From assembly GCA_947588275.1 (NCBI GenBank), contig CANPYJ010000001.1:103026-167025 (forward strand): a stretch of 64,000 bases of DNA, read 5' to 3'. Origin of the DNA: an uncultured Alphaproteobacteria bacterium (GTDB lineage: Bacteria; Pseudomonadota; Alphaproteobacteria; RF32; CAG-239). Under the pieces are notes generated by a model. That model had not been told where the DNA came from. It searched no databases and saw only the letters and a program-made list of their open reading frames with translations. Positions 62,172 through 64,000 of the stretch are shown one piece after another. The first letter of the stretch is position 1, and each line of letters opens with the position of its first letter. The position numbers and the translations under genes are program-made.

Positions 62172-63689
62172 ATGTCACTCAAAAAAACACGCGCCGAAAA
62201 CTATCCCGACTGGTATCAATGTGTGGTCAACGAAGCCGATATGGCCGAAAATTCGTCTTCTCCGGGCTGTATGGTCATTAAACCGTGGGGTTACGGTCTA
62301 TGGGAGCGCATCCGCGACATCTTTGATGAAAAAATCAAATCCACCGGCCACGAAAACTGCTATTTTCCGATGTTTATTCCGCTTTCATTTTTTCGCAAAG
62401 AGGCCGAACATGTCGACGGTTTCGCCAAAGAAATGGCTGTGGTCACTCACTCTCGCCTGTCCATGCAAGACGGCAAATTAGTGCCGGACTCCAAGCTTGA
62501 AGAGCCTCTGATTGTTCGCCCGACGTCCGAAACCATCATTGCCGACGCTTTTTCCAAATGGATTAAGTCTTATCGCGATTTGCCCGTACTGATTAACCAA
62601 TGGGCCAACGTTGTTCGCTGGGAAATGCGCCCGCGCCTGTTTTTGCGCACTCGCGAATTTCTGTGGCAGGAAGGCCACACCGCACACGCCTCCGCCGCCG
62701 AAGCCGAAGTCGAAACTAAACAAATGCTTGAAGCCTACCGCGAATTGTGTGAAGACAGTCTGGCCATGCCGGTTATTATGGGACGCAAACCCGAGTACGA
62801 CAAATTCCCCGGGGCGGTCGACACCTATTGCATTGAAGCCATGATGCAGGACGGCAAGTCCTTGCAGGCCGGAACTTCGCACTTTTTGGGGCAAAATTTT
62901 GCCAAATCAGCCGGCATCAGTTTCGTCAACCGTCAAAATCAGCCTGAGTTTGCCTACACAACCTCATGGGGCGTGTCTACCCGCCTTATCGGCGGTCTGA
63001 TTATGACTCACGCCGATGACGAAGGTATGGTTGTACCGCCCAAAATCGCGCCTTATCAGATTGTAATTGTGCCGGTTGTCAAAAATCCCGCCGACGAAGA
63101 CGCGGTGATGACTTATATTGAGAAAATCCGCCAAGATTTGAGTGCCCAACAGGCTTTTGGCGAAAAAATCCGTCTTAAAATCGACCGACGCGACAAATCT
63201 TCGGTCGACAAGTTTTGGGAGTGGACGCGCAAAGGCGCACCGATTATACTTGAAATCGGCAAACGTGACGCCGACGGCGCCAACGTCATGGTCAAAGAGC
63301 GCATCAGGCTCGGCACGCCGGAAGGCAAACAAATCGTCTCACGCGTCGAATTTTGCACCACGGCGGCTCAGCGCCTGCAAACCATTCAGCAGGCCATGTT
63401 TGAACGCGCCAAAGCCCGCCTGCTCGGAAATATCCGCACCGATATTGCGACGCCGGAACAATTCAAGGCCTATTTTGCCGAATCCAACCAATGGATAGAG
63501 GACGGCAAACCGGCCAAAGTAGCCTTTGTGCGCGGCAAATGGAGCGGGGATCAAAACAGTGACGAATTGTTGAAAGAGATGAAAATCACCATCCGCTGCC
63601 TCCCCTTTGACCAATCCGGCACTCAGGGAACCTGTCTTTTGACCGGCAAACCGGCAACATTGGATGTCATTTACGCACGCTCATACTGA
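62172..63689 (+). CDS. proS: Prolyl-tRNA synthetase, archaeal/eukaryote-like architecture (no INS domain)
   Basis: Start at MSLKKTRAENYPDWY (62172, RBS AAGGAAA). RTREFLWQEGHTAH (class II motif 2 region). 505 aa ending in ...VIYARSY. Confidence 0.93.
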   Translation: MSLKKTRAENYPDWYQCVVNEADMAENSSSPGCMVIKPWGYGLWERIRDIFDEKIKSTGHENCYFPMFIPLSFFRKEAEHVDGFAKEMAVVTHSRLSMQDGKLVPDSKLEEPLIVRPTSETIIADAFSKWIKSYRDLPVLINQWANVVRWEMRPRLFLRTREFLWQEGHTAHASAAEAEVETKQMLEAYRELCEDSLAMPVIMGRKPEYDKFPGAVDTYCIEAMMQDGKSLQAGTSHFLGQNFAKSAGISFVNRQNQPEFAYTTSWGVSTRLIGGLIMTHADDEGMVVPPKIAPYQIVIVPVVKNPADEDAVMTYIEKIRQDLSAQQAFGEKIRLKIDRRDKSSVDKFWEWTRKGAPIILEIGKRDADGANVMVKERIRLGTPEGKQIVSRVEFCTTAAQRLQTIQQAMFERAKARLLGNIRTDIATPEQFKAYFAESNQWIEDGKPAKVAFVRGKWSGDQNSDELLKEMKITIRCLPFDQSGTQGTCLLTGKPATLDVIYARSY

Positions 63690-63707
63690 CCGACGTCGTA
63701 TAACCCC

Positions 63708-63742
63708 AAAAAAAACGCTGCCATTTACGGCAGCGTTTTTTA
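63708..63742. terminator. Bidirectional terminator (proS / convergent gene)
   Basis: aaaaaaAACGCTGCCatttaCGGCAGCGTTtttttat. Confidence 0.85.
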
Positions 63743-63754
63743 TCACTGCGGCAA

Positions 63755-63994
63755 TCAGCCCAAAGGTGACTTGTTCTTGCCGCGAAAAACCCAACGTCCG
63801 GACTTTTTGCCAAAGACCTTGAGCGTCCGCAGATAACGCCGGCGCACACCGCGCAGATGATCGACAATCATCTCATAAAACAAGCGTTCATTGTCATTAG
63901 CCGCTTTTTCGGCCAGTTCGCGTGCCACATTAACATTAATGTCGGCCGCCGCCACTGCCTCCTGCGTAAGAACTTTGCAATGATTTTCAGCCAC
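63755..63994 (-). CDS. Hypothetical protein; 5' end may extend past the right window edge
   Basis: ORF ending just before the bidirectional terminator. No motif recognised. Confidence 0.4.
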   Translation of the reverse strand: MAENHCKVLTQEAVAAADINVNVARELAEKAANDNERLFYEMIVDHLRGVRRRYLRTLKVFGKKSGRWVFRGKNKSPLG

Positions 63995-64000
63995 TTGAGC

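Noticed and set aside
1-64000. Search for CRISPR arrays, rRNA genes, IS elements with terminal inverted repeats, and tyrosine integrases
   Set aside because: No spaced repeat has more than two copies. There are no rRNA-like conserved blocks, and no transposase or integrase motifs in any listed ORF. The only recombinase is the small serine recombinase at 47453-48049.

Overview
64-kb chromosomal window, probably from an alphaproteobacterium-like genome. That placement is an inference from three things: a GAAC-N7-GAAC SOS box before recA, a CTTG-N18-CCTATATTAG RpoH-type promoter before lon, and lon-hupB-tRNA-Val and DUF374-waaA-lpxK synteny. The core backbone is zupT-mutL-pgi, two M16 peptidases, lspA, mgtE, recJ, gatCAB, sppA, fabI, recA, hupB, lon, waaA-lpxK, kdgK-like, aqpZ, rpoD-dnaG, greA, trxB, cspA and proS, plus four tRNAs (Ser-GCU, Leu-GAG, Val-UAC, CAU/Ile2-like). 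Four patches look AT-richer than the core (judged by eye, not computed). (i) 1-2434: an SNF2-like gene and a PAPS-reductase-like PP-loop gene next to tRNA-Ser, cut by the window edge. (ii) About 24.99-28.76 kb: a LicC/LicA-like fusion, a mini-HAD and an unknown GT-B-like gene next to tRNA-Val. (iii) 37.64-44.6 kb: glycan genes, with the aqpZ 3' end and terminator duplicated around a single WbsX-like gene. (iv) 45.07-51.87 kb: an integrase-less island at the tRNA(CAU) 3' end. It holds a duplicated att-like tRNA-3'-end/terminator repeat, a decayed roughly 477-codon gene, a small serine recombinase bracketed by inverted short motifs, a DUF1524 nuclease remnant, and a tightly coupled 5-gene nucleotidyltransferase/GDPD/HAD/cupin cassette. 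I saw no rRNA, CRISPR array, tyrosine integrase or intact IS. All function calls rest on motif recognition in the supplied or self-made translations; no database search was run.
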